The notes under the pieces are model-generated. The model saw only the letters and a program-made list of their open reading frames with translations, ran no database searches and was not told the origin of the DNA. Positions 51,898 through 64,000 of a stretch of 64,000 bases of DNA are shown piece by piece. A program made the translations under genes and the position numbers. Every line of letters starts with the position of its first letter. Positions within the stretch are counted from its first letter, which is position 1. The stretch is from the NCBI GenBank assembly GCA_013265495.1, contig MU060261.1, positions 5,991,388 through 6,055,387 of the forward strand, in the 5' to 3' direction. This DNA comes from Vicugna vicugna. Lineage: Eukaryota.

Positions 51898-54800
51898 TTA
51901 CTGGTGCTGGTTCTTCCTAGATGCTCGGGGAAAACCGGAGACAGGCAATGGCAGTCTGTCCAGCCCTAGGGAAGAGATGAGGTGGGCAGTCAAAAGCAGG
52001 ATGTAGGTTCAGTCCTCAGGTATAAGACAACCAACCCACAGACTGGGTAGATGAGGAATGTTACAAAGCAGAGAGCATGCCATCTCCCCTCCTTGGAATG
52101 ACCACTGTTCCAGAGGGCTCCACCTCAAACCACCCCACCAGCCCTGCCCCAACTCCCTCTCACCAAAGGCCCGGATCAGTTCTGCACGCACAGCTGCGGT
52201 GAAGGTCTTCACCAGACAGAGAGTGGTGAGGCCCGCAAAGGCTGCATTGTAGAGGAACACGATGTAGAAGTTGCCCAGCCAGTTGAAGCGTCCAAAGTCA
52301 CCCAGTAGGTCAAAGCGAGTGAGCCCTGAAGTACAAAGGCCAGCATGGGAGGTGGGCTCCCCAACCCCTCCCTGGAAAAGAGCCCAGTTTTCTGCTGCCG
52401 CCTGGTGGCCACATTCCAACACTGCAACTGATGGGTTGGCTTCTCTTAGGTAATAATCCTACCTCCTGTCTCAGGGACAGTTCAGGGCTGTTAAGGTTTA
52501 GCATCTTCTCCTTCAGTGGGGGTCCGCTCTGGCTCCAGGTGTCCCAAAGAGCTCCCTGGGCCTGCTACTTGTTCCTGGGCCAGGAACCTACAAGCTTGTC
52601 ACCAAGTGTTTTTTTTAGCAGACAGAGAAGTGAGGAGGCTAAGGGCTCTGACTCTGATTAGGCTGCTTTGGTTCATATCTGAACTCCACCCCACCTAACC
52701 GTGTGACCTGGGGCAAATTCCTGAAACACCTATGCCTCAGTTTCTTCATCTATAAAGTAGGGGAAATAATGTGACTGTGAGAATTAAAGGAGACAACACA
52801 CATATATGTGCCAGGCTGTATTCTAACATTTATTGAGCCACTAATAGTAATAATATAATCATCATAAATTAGAATTCTGGGGCCCTCCCTGACTTAAAAA
52901 AATACTCCTTCCAACAGCCAACCTAAAGGAACTAACTGGTAGATCCACAGGCCAGGTTTCCTACTAAATCCCCATGGCACAAGTACAAATGGTATAGTGG
53001 AGAGAACATAAACTTAAGAACCAAACAGAACTGATTTAAATACTAACTCATGCACAGTATATAGATGATGGGGTGCGGGAGGTAACAAGTTACCTCTGCA
53101 ACTCCCCTACTACCTTGGGGTGAACTATTTTTTTATACTTTATTTTTTTAAATTTTTTTATATACTTTTGAATATTTTTTACCAGGTAATTCTGGATCAT
53201 AGTTCTAAAGGTGGAAGAAGGACTGTATTAGCTGATGCCCCAGTGTGTGTAAAAAGCTCTAAACTGGGGTTTAGGAGACAAAGGTTCTAGCCTGAGTTGG
53301 CTTTGTCTCAAACTACCTGTATAACTGGGTAAATCAATTAGCTCCTCTGTTTCTCCTCTTATTTATTTATTTAAATTAATTAATTTAATTTAATTCCTAC
53401 AAAAAGTGCAAAGGTTTTTTTTTATTGTGTAACATAAGCAAAATTATTTAAGTCAATAAATTTTTTAAGAATTTCATGTTCTGATTCCTTCCACTGACCA
53501 TCAACCTTAGCTCCTCCAATGTTTCAATTGTAATCTTCAGGATAGCCCTTTCAATAAGATTTTTTGCTCAATCAATAGTTGTCATGTCAGTCAGTCCATA
53601 ATTCTTTTAGTTGGGCGTCTTTGATCTCCAGTGGAACATGGACACACTTCAAAAACTCCTCACTTGTGATCTTGGTGATCCAATTTCCCCAAGCAATTTA
53701 GTTTAGGAATTTTACATATTTGGGGTCAAAGAAGATGGATCTGCCTTGGTTCTGATTTTTAGATACTCTCTGTCACGAGACATTTCCAACAATGTATGTC
53801 TACAGGAAAAGATCCATTGGGTTTTTAATTTACTTTTGATTTTTTTGTGTGGGGGAGGTAATTAGGCTTATTTATTTACTTATTTTCTTAATGGTGGCAC
53901 TGGGGATTGAACCCAGGACCTCGTGCATGCTAGGCATGCATTCTACCACTGAGCTATACCCTCCCCTCTCTGTTTCTCTTTTTTAAAATGAGAATGTTTA
54001 TTAGATGATCCACCCCAAAGGAAGATTTGGAGTAGAAGTAAATGAGGGAAGGTGTGTTATGGAGCAAATGGAAAAAGCATGAGCTTTGAAGCAACACTAC
54101 TCTGAAGTTCAGCAAAGCATTTTATAGAGCCTCAGTTTCTCCATCTGTATAATGGCGATAATACCTTCTTACAGGTTTGTTGTGGGAATTAGAGAGAGCA
54201 TAAATAGAAAGTGCCTGCTTAGTACCAGCAGGTACTAAAAAAAAAGCTAATTCCCTTGCTTCCTTTTGCTACTTACCCAGGGTTCGAGAGAAGACAGGAA
54301 GTGCTGAGCTTAGAACCAGGAGACAGACACAGTTCCCAATTATCTGGATGGGAGTAAGGAAAGAGGAGGTGAAGGTAGCCAAGCTGCCAGCACCTGGTAC
54401 CCAAGCATGCCCCCAGGAAGCTTCCTTGACTCCTGCACAGCTACCTGTGTCATGGCTGTGTCATGCCATCTGGGCCGCAGTCCCCGGAAGAGTGGAGAGC
54501 TGTAGAATCCCATGACTGAGGATACCATCAGGTAACTGCCAGTGGGTTAGGGAAGAACTGGCCCGCTCTCAAGGATTAATGTCTCATCTCAAAGGGAACG
54601 GATCTCTCTCCCACAGCCCTCCTTTCAAATCAAGTCTTTTCCTTCTTTCTGAACCCCAGGTTGGCAAAGTCTTGCCCCCTTCCCCATCGCTCACACTGTA
54701 GCTCTACCCAGCATCCCAGAGGAGACAGGTTTGGTGAAAAGAGGCAATGGTGGGTTTCCAAAAGGATACAAGATGAGTACAACCTGAATGATGGCACCAA

Positions 54801-57800
54801 AGGAGCCCAGCTTGGAGAAGGAGACCTGGCCCAGGGAGGCACCCTGAGAGATGGAACATGTCACTGTGCAGCACTCCCTGCCATCAGTACCACCCAGCAC
54901 CTAGCCTCCCTCTGGCCTCAGCTGCTCCCTTCCCCAATTCAGCCTTTCTTAGGCCCTCCCTAAAAGATACAGTGGGAAAGTGGCCCAGTACCTGCATGCC
55001 CCGGGGCATGGCAGCCTCATCGATGAGCAGCTCCAGGATGTGGATAGCCACAGTGAGCACAGACAGTCCCTGTGTGAGGCAAGGTCATGGACTCCCATCC
55101 CTGCCCCAGTCCATGGCTGTATCCAGAGTTTAGTATTAACAGCAGACACTCTGGTCCAACATTTTCAGTTGTTTCCAGTGAGCTGTGTGGGACCTCCTCA
55201 AGGCTGACACTAGCAACAGAGTACCTTTGAGTGTACTCTCTCCAGGTGGAAGGATTGCAAAAAGGCCAAACAGAAAAGTGCACCTCTTCCTCCAAACTGA
55301 TCAGACTTATTCCCAAGTCCAGGATGAGGCAAGTGGGGGGATGGACTAGATTTCAACCCTATTTTCACCCCAGAGCAAACGTGCAAAACTACTTAGGCCC
55401 TGTGTGGCCTTAGGCAAACTCCTTAACTTCTGCTTCTTCATCTACAAAATGGGGATTGATGTATGCTCAGAATAAGGCAGGACACAAAGTAGGCACTCAG
55501 TGAGAGGCAATCACAATTATTGATGATAACCAGGTCCTTGCATCCCCTCCCTCCTCCCTGAGAAGGCCTAATAAAGTACACGAGGGCCTACTACTCCCCA
55601 CCCCCACCAAGGCTGGTGTACACACCGTCAGTACCAGCAAGCACAGCATGGCCAGGGGGTAGCCCAGATTCCGTTGCCAAGCTGAAGCCTTCCGCCGCTT
55701 CTCTGTGTAGGGATGGGAAGCTATTAGCAAGGGCCTGGTATGTGGGGCTACCCACCTTGGGGAAACCCCGGTATCCCAATCCCTACCAACCTACATACCT
55801 AGAAGAACCCTCTGTGTCTGCAGAGCCAGGACCTGTCTGTGCAGCAGCTCCATGTCCAAGGGCAGCCAGCAGGAGGTGGGATCTGAGGGCAGAGAAGGTG
55901 GTGCTGTCCCCAGGTCCTGTAGCCCTTGCCCAAGCCACGCCCACTATCCCTGCCAGGAGGAACTGCAACTCACTGCAAATCCTGCGGGTCAAAGCTGCCT
56001 CCTCAAAGGCTGAGCAGTGCAGCTGCTCTTCCAGGTCTTCCAGCAGCTGTGGGCAGGTGGAAGGGAGGGATTGACTGTCAGAGGCTCCCAGTCACAAGGG
56101 CCCCAGGAGAACCTTTCTCATCTCAGGACTCCATTGTCCCATTCCTTCCCCTCCCCTCATTCACCACCCTGTGACCAGCAACTTTATCCAGTCCCTCCCA
56201 AATGGCTTGTGTCCTGCTTTGCATTTCTGGCAACCAACTCCAGATGATGGGGGCGAAGGATACAGGAGCCAGCAAAGGCTACGGCCCTCTGCGAGGTGTG
56301 CACTGCACAACCACAGGGTTGCTTCATTGTTTGGCTCCAGCTTTGTCTCCAGGATCAAGGACTAGGAATACTACATACCCGGGGCTTGACCAGCAGCTTC
56401 CCAGTGACCGAGAACATGCGGGCAAGACCTAGTGGAGTACACACTGTGGGAACAGGAGCCAGTTACCTGCCAGACCCTTCTCTTCACTGCTTCCCCTACC
56501 CACCCCTCCATTCCCTCATCCATCCTGCCCAGGGACCTTACCCGTCCCCTCCCAGACCCTGGACACTCACCCAGGAGCAGCAGGACCCCGAGGAAGGAGA
56601 TGCAGGAGTAGAGGTAGGGGAGGTAGTATTCCCAGAAATCTAAAGGGGAAAAAAGAAGTACATCAGCCCATCTCTCTCCTCCGGCTTACTGGGGGCTGAC
56701 AGAACTCAGAGAAGAGGCGAGGGCACAACACAAGAGCCTACGGGGGTTAGGCCAGTAATGCAGCAAAGGAAAGCTGGCCAGCAGCAGAAGGAGTGGCAGG
56801 GCCTACAGCAAACTAGAGATCTTAAGCCCTTTCTAAAGGGCACAAGCACTCTTTGGCCCAAGTCGCCGGCGCTTAGTATGGCCAGATCTTCGGTCTTGTC
56901 AAGCAAAGCCAGAAATCTGGATATTGAGGTGAAATCTCCCAACTTCAACTGACTCACTTATGTTTTTAAATCATTGCCTGGGCCCAAATTGGAACATTTC
57001 TACAGGATGGATTTGGCCTGAAGTCCATCAGCTGGAAACTTCAGTCTAAGGGAGAGGGTCCCAACTTTCTCCACCTTAGCAGGATATAATTTTTCCTGGC
57101 AGGGGAACATCAGCCAGCTGAAGAGCCCCTCGGCCTGGAGGGTGGGGAGGAAGCTGGCCTTCTCACCATAGAGTGACTCTCTGCTGGCCTTGTTGTTGTC
57201 CACGATGGCAGATGCCACCCACACCATGCCCAGCACCAGCAGAGTGAGGAGTATCAACATCACCACTGTCTCGTAGACCCGGGCCAGGACACCCTACAGG
57301 TGGAGGCAAAACGTGAGGGAGACTATGCAGGGAAGGAAGGAGACAGAGACGGCAGTCTGGCTGGGGGAAGCAGGGAGGAGTGGATTCAGGAGACAGAGGT
57401 GTTTCCCTCTTATTCTGCTAAGTCACTCTGCCTTCCTACCCCACAATCTGGGGTCATTCCCTATACTGGATATTCTTCATTCGCAATCCGCTTCCTCAGA
57501 TCCCTTCTCCACCCTTGTCTTGTCTTGGGAGGCTGACCCCTGAGGTCTGCGACACACATGCTCTTTACCCTCTGGTTTTCTGTTCATCTTGCCCAGTGGG
57601 GACGACCAGCAAGAGTGGAAGGAAGGAAGAGAGAGAGGTCAGGGTATCTTTTCTGTGTTTCTTCCCACCTTTCACACTGTGGTTTTGACAGTGGCTGAGA
57701 CACTAGCTCCTCTCCCGGGAAGCCACACCTCCCTAGCTTCAAATAGTTCCAGAAAATATTTCTTCCCTTTGCTCCTGCAGGCCTAGGGGTGGTAATGACT

Positions 57801-60800
57801 TGCTGTTGTTACTAGTGCCTCCACCTCCTTGTTGGTCCCCTTAATGCTGACAGAACCTCTGCAAATAGTCTCTTCATTAAAATCTTTTCAGTTGAACCAT
57901 TGAGTGGAACTACATTTCCCTGGTACATCCCTCACTCACCTTTCTGGAGCCAGCAAAGCCCTCAGACTCAGTGAAGAAGTACGCAAAGGGCATGAGGAAG
58001 ATGAGGGACAAGTTGGAGAAGAGAAAAACGAGGTTCCAGAGGCCTGGAGCAAAAAACAAAAAGCAGAGATGGTTATTAAGACAGGGGGCAACCCACAGGG
58101 GGCAACCCACTGGGGACTGAACATGTGGCAGGGGAGGCAGGAGGGATGGGGTGATATTGGACTGATTTGCCCAAGGCTGCCTATCCCCACCCTCAGCTGC
58201 AACCAGGAGCAACGCACCATGGATGAGGGAGCCATTGAGCCACTGGATGTAGTAGTTCCGAGGCAGTGATAGCAGCACCTCATTGCTGATGATGGAGAAG
58301 GGCAGGAGCAGGACAGCACCCAGAGCGACCGCCAGGGTGAAGGTGCACAGCTCGAGTCTGGGCAGAGATGGGGTAGTGCCCCTGCTTAGCTCAGACACTC
58401 ACTTCCCTGGGCCCAAGGAGCCCCATTCAGCTCCACAGGCACCTGTGGCTTCTAGAACCACCTGTAGCAGTGATAGACCTAGGGAAAAAGCCATCCACCT
58501 GGGGCTCTTCCCACTGCCTCCCCACCCTAGCCCTTACCTCCCACGAAGCCTTGGCACATGGGATGGGCATATCTTAGGCCTTCATGGGAGCCTGGTCACC
58601 TGCCATGTCACTTGCCCAGGCTGTCCCCAGGAATGCGGACCTCCCGCACATGCCTACAGGGTGTGCCAGGCATGATGCCAAGCTAAGGGGCCTGACTTCT
58701 CTCTGCTTAGTGCAGGGATGTGGATTTCTGAGCTTGTCTTCTTCAGCCTGGACAGAGCAGAGTCACCCCATATCGCTATGCCCTGAACAAAGGCACTAAG
58801 GTGAAAGGGGGACCTGAAACTCAGCTTCATAGCCAAAGCCTGTGCCCTGGGCTGCATCAGCTGAAAAGAAGGAACACTTATCTAGTTGGTCCTTGAGGGG
58901 TATGGGTGGGGGTTGCTTTCTTCTAATCTGTTGATCCAAAGGGGTTACCTCTATATTTTTATCTACAGGTGCTAGTGAATAATAACAGCCTAGAGTAAGG
59001 ACTATCCTCACAGAACCAAGCATGCCCCACCCTCGGGGGTTCCACCTTCCCCATCCCCTGCTATTTCCATTAGTCTGCGATCCTCACCCCACTGCCTCCT
59101 CAGTGGCTTCTGGGAGGTGAAGCCAAGCTGGAGCCATTTCCAGTGACTCAGGCCTCCAGCAAACAGTTCCTGGTCGAGCCTCTTAGAAGCTCCTGGCCTA
59201 ACCAGGGAGACAGGAACAACAGCTTTTCCAAGCATCCATATGTGGGGTAAAGCCGGAAGAAGCCAGAAATGAGGTGGAAGCAGCAGCTCTCTCTTCACTG
59301 TCTGATACTTCACTCTCCCCCACTCCAGGGTACTCACTAGAGTTGAGCTTCTAAAGGCTACTAGGGCCTGGGTCCTGAGGCAGCAACACTTACGCAATCT
59401 TGTTGACCGTGGCATCTTCGTCATCCACTACAAGAGACAGAGGCATGGGGAGAGGCAGGCCATCAGTGGGCGTCTCCGGAAGGCATTTGTGTTGCAGTGT
59501 GCTCTCTTGCTCCTTCCCTGGCCCTGAAAGAAGGGCTTGGGCCCACCCAGGCAGAGCTGGGCAGGAGGCTCCAGAAGAGCTCACACTTTGAACCCCATAA
59601 CCTATTCTTTGGCCAAGGTGGCAGCTTAAAGTTCAGTGGTCCTAGGTGGAGAGAGTATGGATCAGGATTTCCCCCACTTCCCTCCTTCCCCAGGTCTCTC
59701 CCACCACAGGTTCCTCTTTGTAAACTGAAAATTGAACAAATGATTGGTCTGTGAGGTTGGTTACATCAGTGGCTAGATACAGCAAAGGAAAATGAGGGGA
59801 GGGGGAGGGGGGAGGTTCACAGAGAAAGTCCCCAGGGGAATTACACTCAAGAGTAGCTGCCTTCTTGGCTGGGGACTCATTAAGCCATCTGGAGGGGAGG
59901 AAAGGTTCAGGCCAGGCCAGGAAGATCTGGACAGGCTGGAGCTAGGAATGGGAGCAAGTGTGTCCCTGTAATCACACGATGCCTAAGGGAAGCTTTAATC
60001 TGAACACTCTACAAAGAGGAAGGCCACCATCACCAGGTCCTGGGGCCCCAGTGGTCAGGGAGGTCTCTGGTCCTGGGTGCAGGAGCACTAGGAGAGGAGA
60101 TGAAAGAGCTTGTGCCCACAGTAACATCCACCCTGCAGTCACCCTCTTTAGGTTCACAGAGAGCTTTCACATTAGCCATCGCATTTGTTCCACATAGTGA
60201 CAATGGACTGGGTAGAGATGGTTGGGCTCATTTTGTAGAGGATGAAACTGAGGGTCACAAAAGTTACATGACTTGCCCAGTGACTTTATTAGCTGTAGAC
60301 ACTTTCACCTAGACTTTCCACTATACCATCTTGCCCCTGCTTATGAAGAAAGGGAGGCAGAAGAGGTAAAGGCTCCAGAACAGCCACCTCTCCTTTCCCA
60401 GCAGGCACCTTAGGCCTCTTCCCCTGAGGCTGGTGCCATGGCAACGGGAACACTGGCAGAGGGCTGGCAGAAGGCAGGGAAGTCACAGGTACCTGTGGTG
60501 AACTCAGCAGGCTTCTTGAAGCGGGTCAGCGTGATGTGGCAGAGGATGTAGAGTGTTGCAAACAGAAGTGTTGAGATCTGTGGCAGAGAGTGAATGAGAT
60601 GAGAGGCTCTAATCCCAGGCATATTCCCCAGGCTCAGTGGCCTCTGTTAATTCCATGGGGACACTTTCCCAAAACTAGGCTCCATACTTCCAGGGATTCC
60701 ATCTTTCTTCCCACTACTTCCTTCTAGTCAAGGCCTCAGGGGCCTCTAAGAAGCACCAGGCAGGGGCTGTCCTATACACCTGGGGAAATAGCACCATGTC

Positions 60801-63029
60801 CAGCTCTATGAGGGTTTCCTGGGAGAAAACAGCTTCAGCTGAACCCTGGTTGGTAAACGAGCAGAGAAAACTCTTAGCAATGCACATATACACACACATG
60901 AAACAGGCCACAGAACCAGAGGGAATTTACGCCCAGCACATTATTGGAAAGGAAAGAGAGTTTGAAAGGAAGAAGGGGATGTCTGCATTGTCCTGGCTCT
61001 CTACTCCCTCTGTCCCACTCCCCCTCCCTCCACTTTCCCCCTCCTCCTTTCTAGAGCCAGCATCAGCCCCTTTAAATGCTATCAGTCCCTGGTCCCTACC
61101 TCAAGTGACTTCCAACTCCAGGGCAGTTCTCTCAGGGTCTGTCCCATGCCCCTGGGTGACCAGCCCTCTAATTGACAGTTATGGCAGGACTTGAACAGGT
61201 TGTTCTCTGCATGCATGCATCCCTGCCCTACCCCGAGTAAGCTACTATTGCCCAGGGCAGGAGCCACTGTCAATTTGGCTCCACAACCAGGGCCAGAGAG
61301 TCTTGAGATGTTACTGTGTTTGCAGTAGGCCAAGAAGGCAGGATCAGTCTCATAGGTTCTCCAGCCCCCAAGAGGAGCTGACCCTATAGGGAATCTGCAT
61401 ACAGCTGTCTGTACAAGGAGAAAAGCCACAGAGACCCCAGGAGAACCATGGGTCTAGGACAAAACTGTAGCTTTTAATATTAGGGAAGTAGAGTAGAATG
61501 AACCACTCAGATTGAAACTGCAAGATTTTTACTGCCTAGTACTCTGCTCTGGGCTTGTGTAATAGCCAGGAAAGTGAGAGGGCTCAAATGGTCAGGCTGA
61601 AGTTCCATGCAGTTCCAGCAGAGGCTAGGCCATTCTCTAAAGCAGGGGTTTGGAGCCAGGTGGGGGAGGTACAGAAGTCTTCGAGCTGCTCTTGGCCAGC
61701 ACTGATATCCTCAGCAAATGGGACTAAAGAACAGGTGAGACATCCAGGAGACTGCTTCTCTGTCCAAGGTCTCATCCCTCCCTGTTCTCTAGGAATGTGG
61801 GCCTCTGGCTCAAGGCCTGGGTGGGCCTCCACGATATGCCCAACCTCACCATGTGAGACTATCTACTAAAGAACACACAAGGAAGGCTTCCAGAAAGCAG
61901 ATTTGATGTTCCACACATGCACTGGTATACTTTCAACTTTTCAGCCTTCACAGATAAGGGCACATCTGGTTATGTCATGGCTCACTTTACCCCTCTGAGG
62001 CAGCCAAGAGCAGACTAGAGCTCAGTCTAAGAAAAATGAAGGATAACCCCATCAGTGGGCCTTCCCACACCTGAACACTTTTATACTTCTATACCTTTCC
62101 CTTTAGTATTTGGGGGTGAGGGCTTCCCTGGGGAGCTCTGAGGAAGGAGACTGAGAAGAAAGGAGAGAGATGAGAGTTTGAAGCAGGCCTGAGAAAGATG
62201 TGACTCTCTAAGCTCCACTGGGTGCCCCTGGCTCTGGAGTGAGAAGGAATCCCTTGTTGTGTGGCAGTTTCAGCTGTTACTCTAGGTGGCAGTGAGGGAG
62301 TAAGGAAAGCAGCCAGGTGCCCCCTGTAGCACTGGGGGCAACCACTCACAAAGGAAATCCCCGAACGGCTCTGGGAAGCAGGAACCTTGGCTTGCAGGGT
62401 TTCTAACAAACACTAATAAGGAAAAGTAGGGGAAACCTTTGTTGTTCTCCATCTCTGCACAGTAGAACCCGCCCCAGCAAGAGTCCTTTCTTCTAGAGTG
62501 GGAAACCCACCAAAATCTCCTGTTCGTTTTCCCTTCACCAAACATCAGTTGGGTTTGAGGGGTAAATGCAAATAATCCCTCCCCTGGACAAACCCATCCC
62601 TAACCACAGGCTAGGATCGGCAGACTCACCAGACTCCCAAACACACCAAGACCTCCTTCAGAACACCGACGGGGGATGGGGGACAGGGGGAGGCCAGGGG
62701 GAGGGGCGAGTACAGGGGAGGAACGGAAACCGACCGGCTTTGTTTATCTCGCAGCCACCCAGCTGACCTGATCTAGGGGTTGGCCAGCCCAGCTCTGGTC
62801 GGAACGGCGCCCTTCGTCGCTCGCCCCTGTACCAAGCAGGATCTGACAGACTCTGTGCCCAAGTAGTCGCACTACCACTCGAACTTCTCCCTCTCCCGCG
62901 ACACCCGAGCTTCTCCTTCAATTGTTTCTACCCTTCCTGCCCGGTTCCCGCACTCACAATGCACTCGCGGACCCTCTCGTGGAATAGCTGCTCTCGCACA
63001 GATAGTACTTCGTAGTCAGCTGCTTCCAT
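51898..63029 (-). CDS. LMBR1L: Limb development membrane protein 1-like (LMBR1 family multipass membrane protein), 489 aa
   Basis: Exons 62958-63029, 60493-60577, 59394-59427, 58218-58357, 57940-58043, 57167-57293, 56571-56639, 56379-56443, 55974-56046, 55799-55882, 55626-55702, 54992-55069, 54770-54843, 54445-54535, 54277-54343, 52164-52325, 51898-51965 sum to 1470 nt, all GT-AG. MEAADYEVLSVREQLFHERVRECI...RKNQHQ*. Confidence 0.98.
53838..53966 (-). mobile_element. tRNA-derived SINE, camelid Vic-1-like; 5' part of a composite insertion at 53356-53967
   Basis: Reverse complement GGGGAGGGTATAGCTCAGTGGTAGAATGCATGCCTAGCATGCACGAGGTCCTGGGTTCAATCCCCAG, clearly homologous to the copy at 35646. Confidence 0.85.
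54060..54235 (+). mobile_element. MIR remnant (LMBR1L intron 15)
   Basis: gagcctcagtttctccatctgtataatggcgataatacc...ggtttgttgtgggaattag. Confidence 0.6.
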
Positions 63030-63550
63030 ACTCTGTTCAGCATGACTGGGGCGGGGGTGTCTCCGGGCCCGGGGAGGACCAGCGGGGATGAAGCCGCCGC
63101 CGCCAAGCACCCGGACCCAGGCGAAGGAGCCTTTCCTCTCAGCCTGTGACGGAAACTCGGGGTAATCTGGGGCTCAGATTCAGTTGTCGGGACGCCCCGC
63201 CCTTAAAGGGGCAGGCACCAGAGCGCCTCGTTTTAAAGGGCCCTGGCCCCCCACTCTGCTCCCTCCCCTTTAAGGTCAAGCTTCAACGCAAACACCCGCC
63301 AACAGGCACGCTACGAGGAAGCGCCGGTACTGGTTCTAGAGAGACCGAGTGACGACACAAGGGATGGGCGGGTTCTTTCCAGGGAGCGGAACTCATTCGC
63401 TCCTGGAGAGCTGCCGCTCATCGCTAAAGCAGCGCTGATAGGTTCGCTCTGTGAAAGGAGGCAGGATCTTTAGGGCCTACCGGTGCTCATTCGAAAACTA
63501 AGCAACTGTCTTCCTCACCTCCTGCTGGTGACCAGCGACGAGTCCTGCAT
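62670..63550 (-). promoter_or_regulatory. LMBR1L CpG-island promoter
   Basis: CpG-rich region around the ATG at 63029; GC box gccccgccc at about 63194-63202. Confidence 0.7.
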
Positions 63551-64000
63551 TTTAGTATCGACCAAGATTTTAGTGTGACTTTGGTTAAATGAGCCATTTG
63601 GACCAAGCCAGCTAGGAGGGATGTGAGAGCACCACGGGGGTTCTGAAAGGTACCGCTGCTCAGTAACTCAGGGCCCGCAGTAGCGGTTTCTGAAAGTGTT
63701 TATGTTGGGGTGAGGGATCCTCTGCCGCCAGGAATTTTCACTCAGTCACTTTTGTGGGAGCCCTAGTGTGTGCTAGAGCAAATACCAAAGAAAACTAGAT
63801 AGAGAATTAGAGAAAAATCCATCTGAAACTTTTGTGGGGAAATGGCCCCAGGGGATCATAGTGGGGCTGAGTCGACCATTAACTGACCACTTACTATGTG
63901 CCACTCACTTTATAGATTTTATCTCATATTAACATCACAACCCTTCAGAGAAAGGTGTTGTGATTAGCATTTTAGTGATTAGAAAATGATGAGAGGGGTT

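Overview
Mammalian genomic DNA carrying four intron-containing genes, all on the minus strand, in the order known from human 12q13.12: KMT2D (5' coding exons 1-39; the 3' end runs off the left edge), RHEBL1 (8 coding exons, 183 aa), DHH (3 exons, 396 aa) and LMBR1L (17 exons, 489 aa). Every visible exon boundary is GT-AG, and the summed RHEBL1, DHH and LMBR1L exon lengths give intact frames. Two tRNA-derived SINEs of the Vic-1 type point to a camelid. Ten N-gaps fall mostly in GC-rich exons and the KMT2D CpG island. I found no convincing new multi-gene system: this is a well-known conserved locus. The best leads are (1) a degenerate 22-bp duplication that frameshifts KMT2D exon 10, probably an assembly artefact; (2) a TSD-flanked SINE plus unknown-sequence composite retro-insertion in LMBR1L intron 15; (3) a 176-codon intronic ORF fused in frame to DHH exon 2, next to an intragenic CpG island; (4) two near-identical CTCF sites 15 kb apart; and (5) an SF1/SOX/GATA motif cluster downstream of DHH. 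Human comparisons come from memory of the orthologues, not from a database search. Exon numbers count coding exons only.
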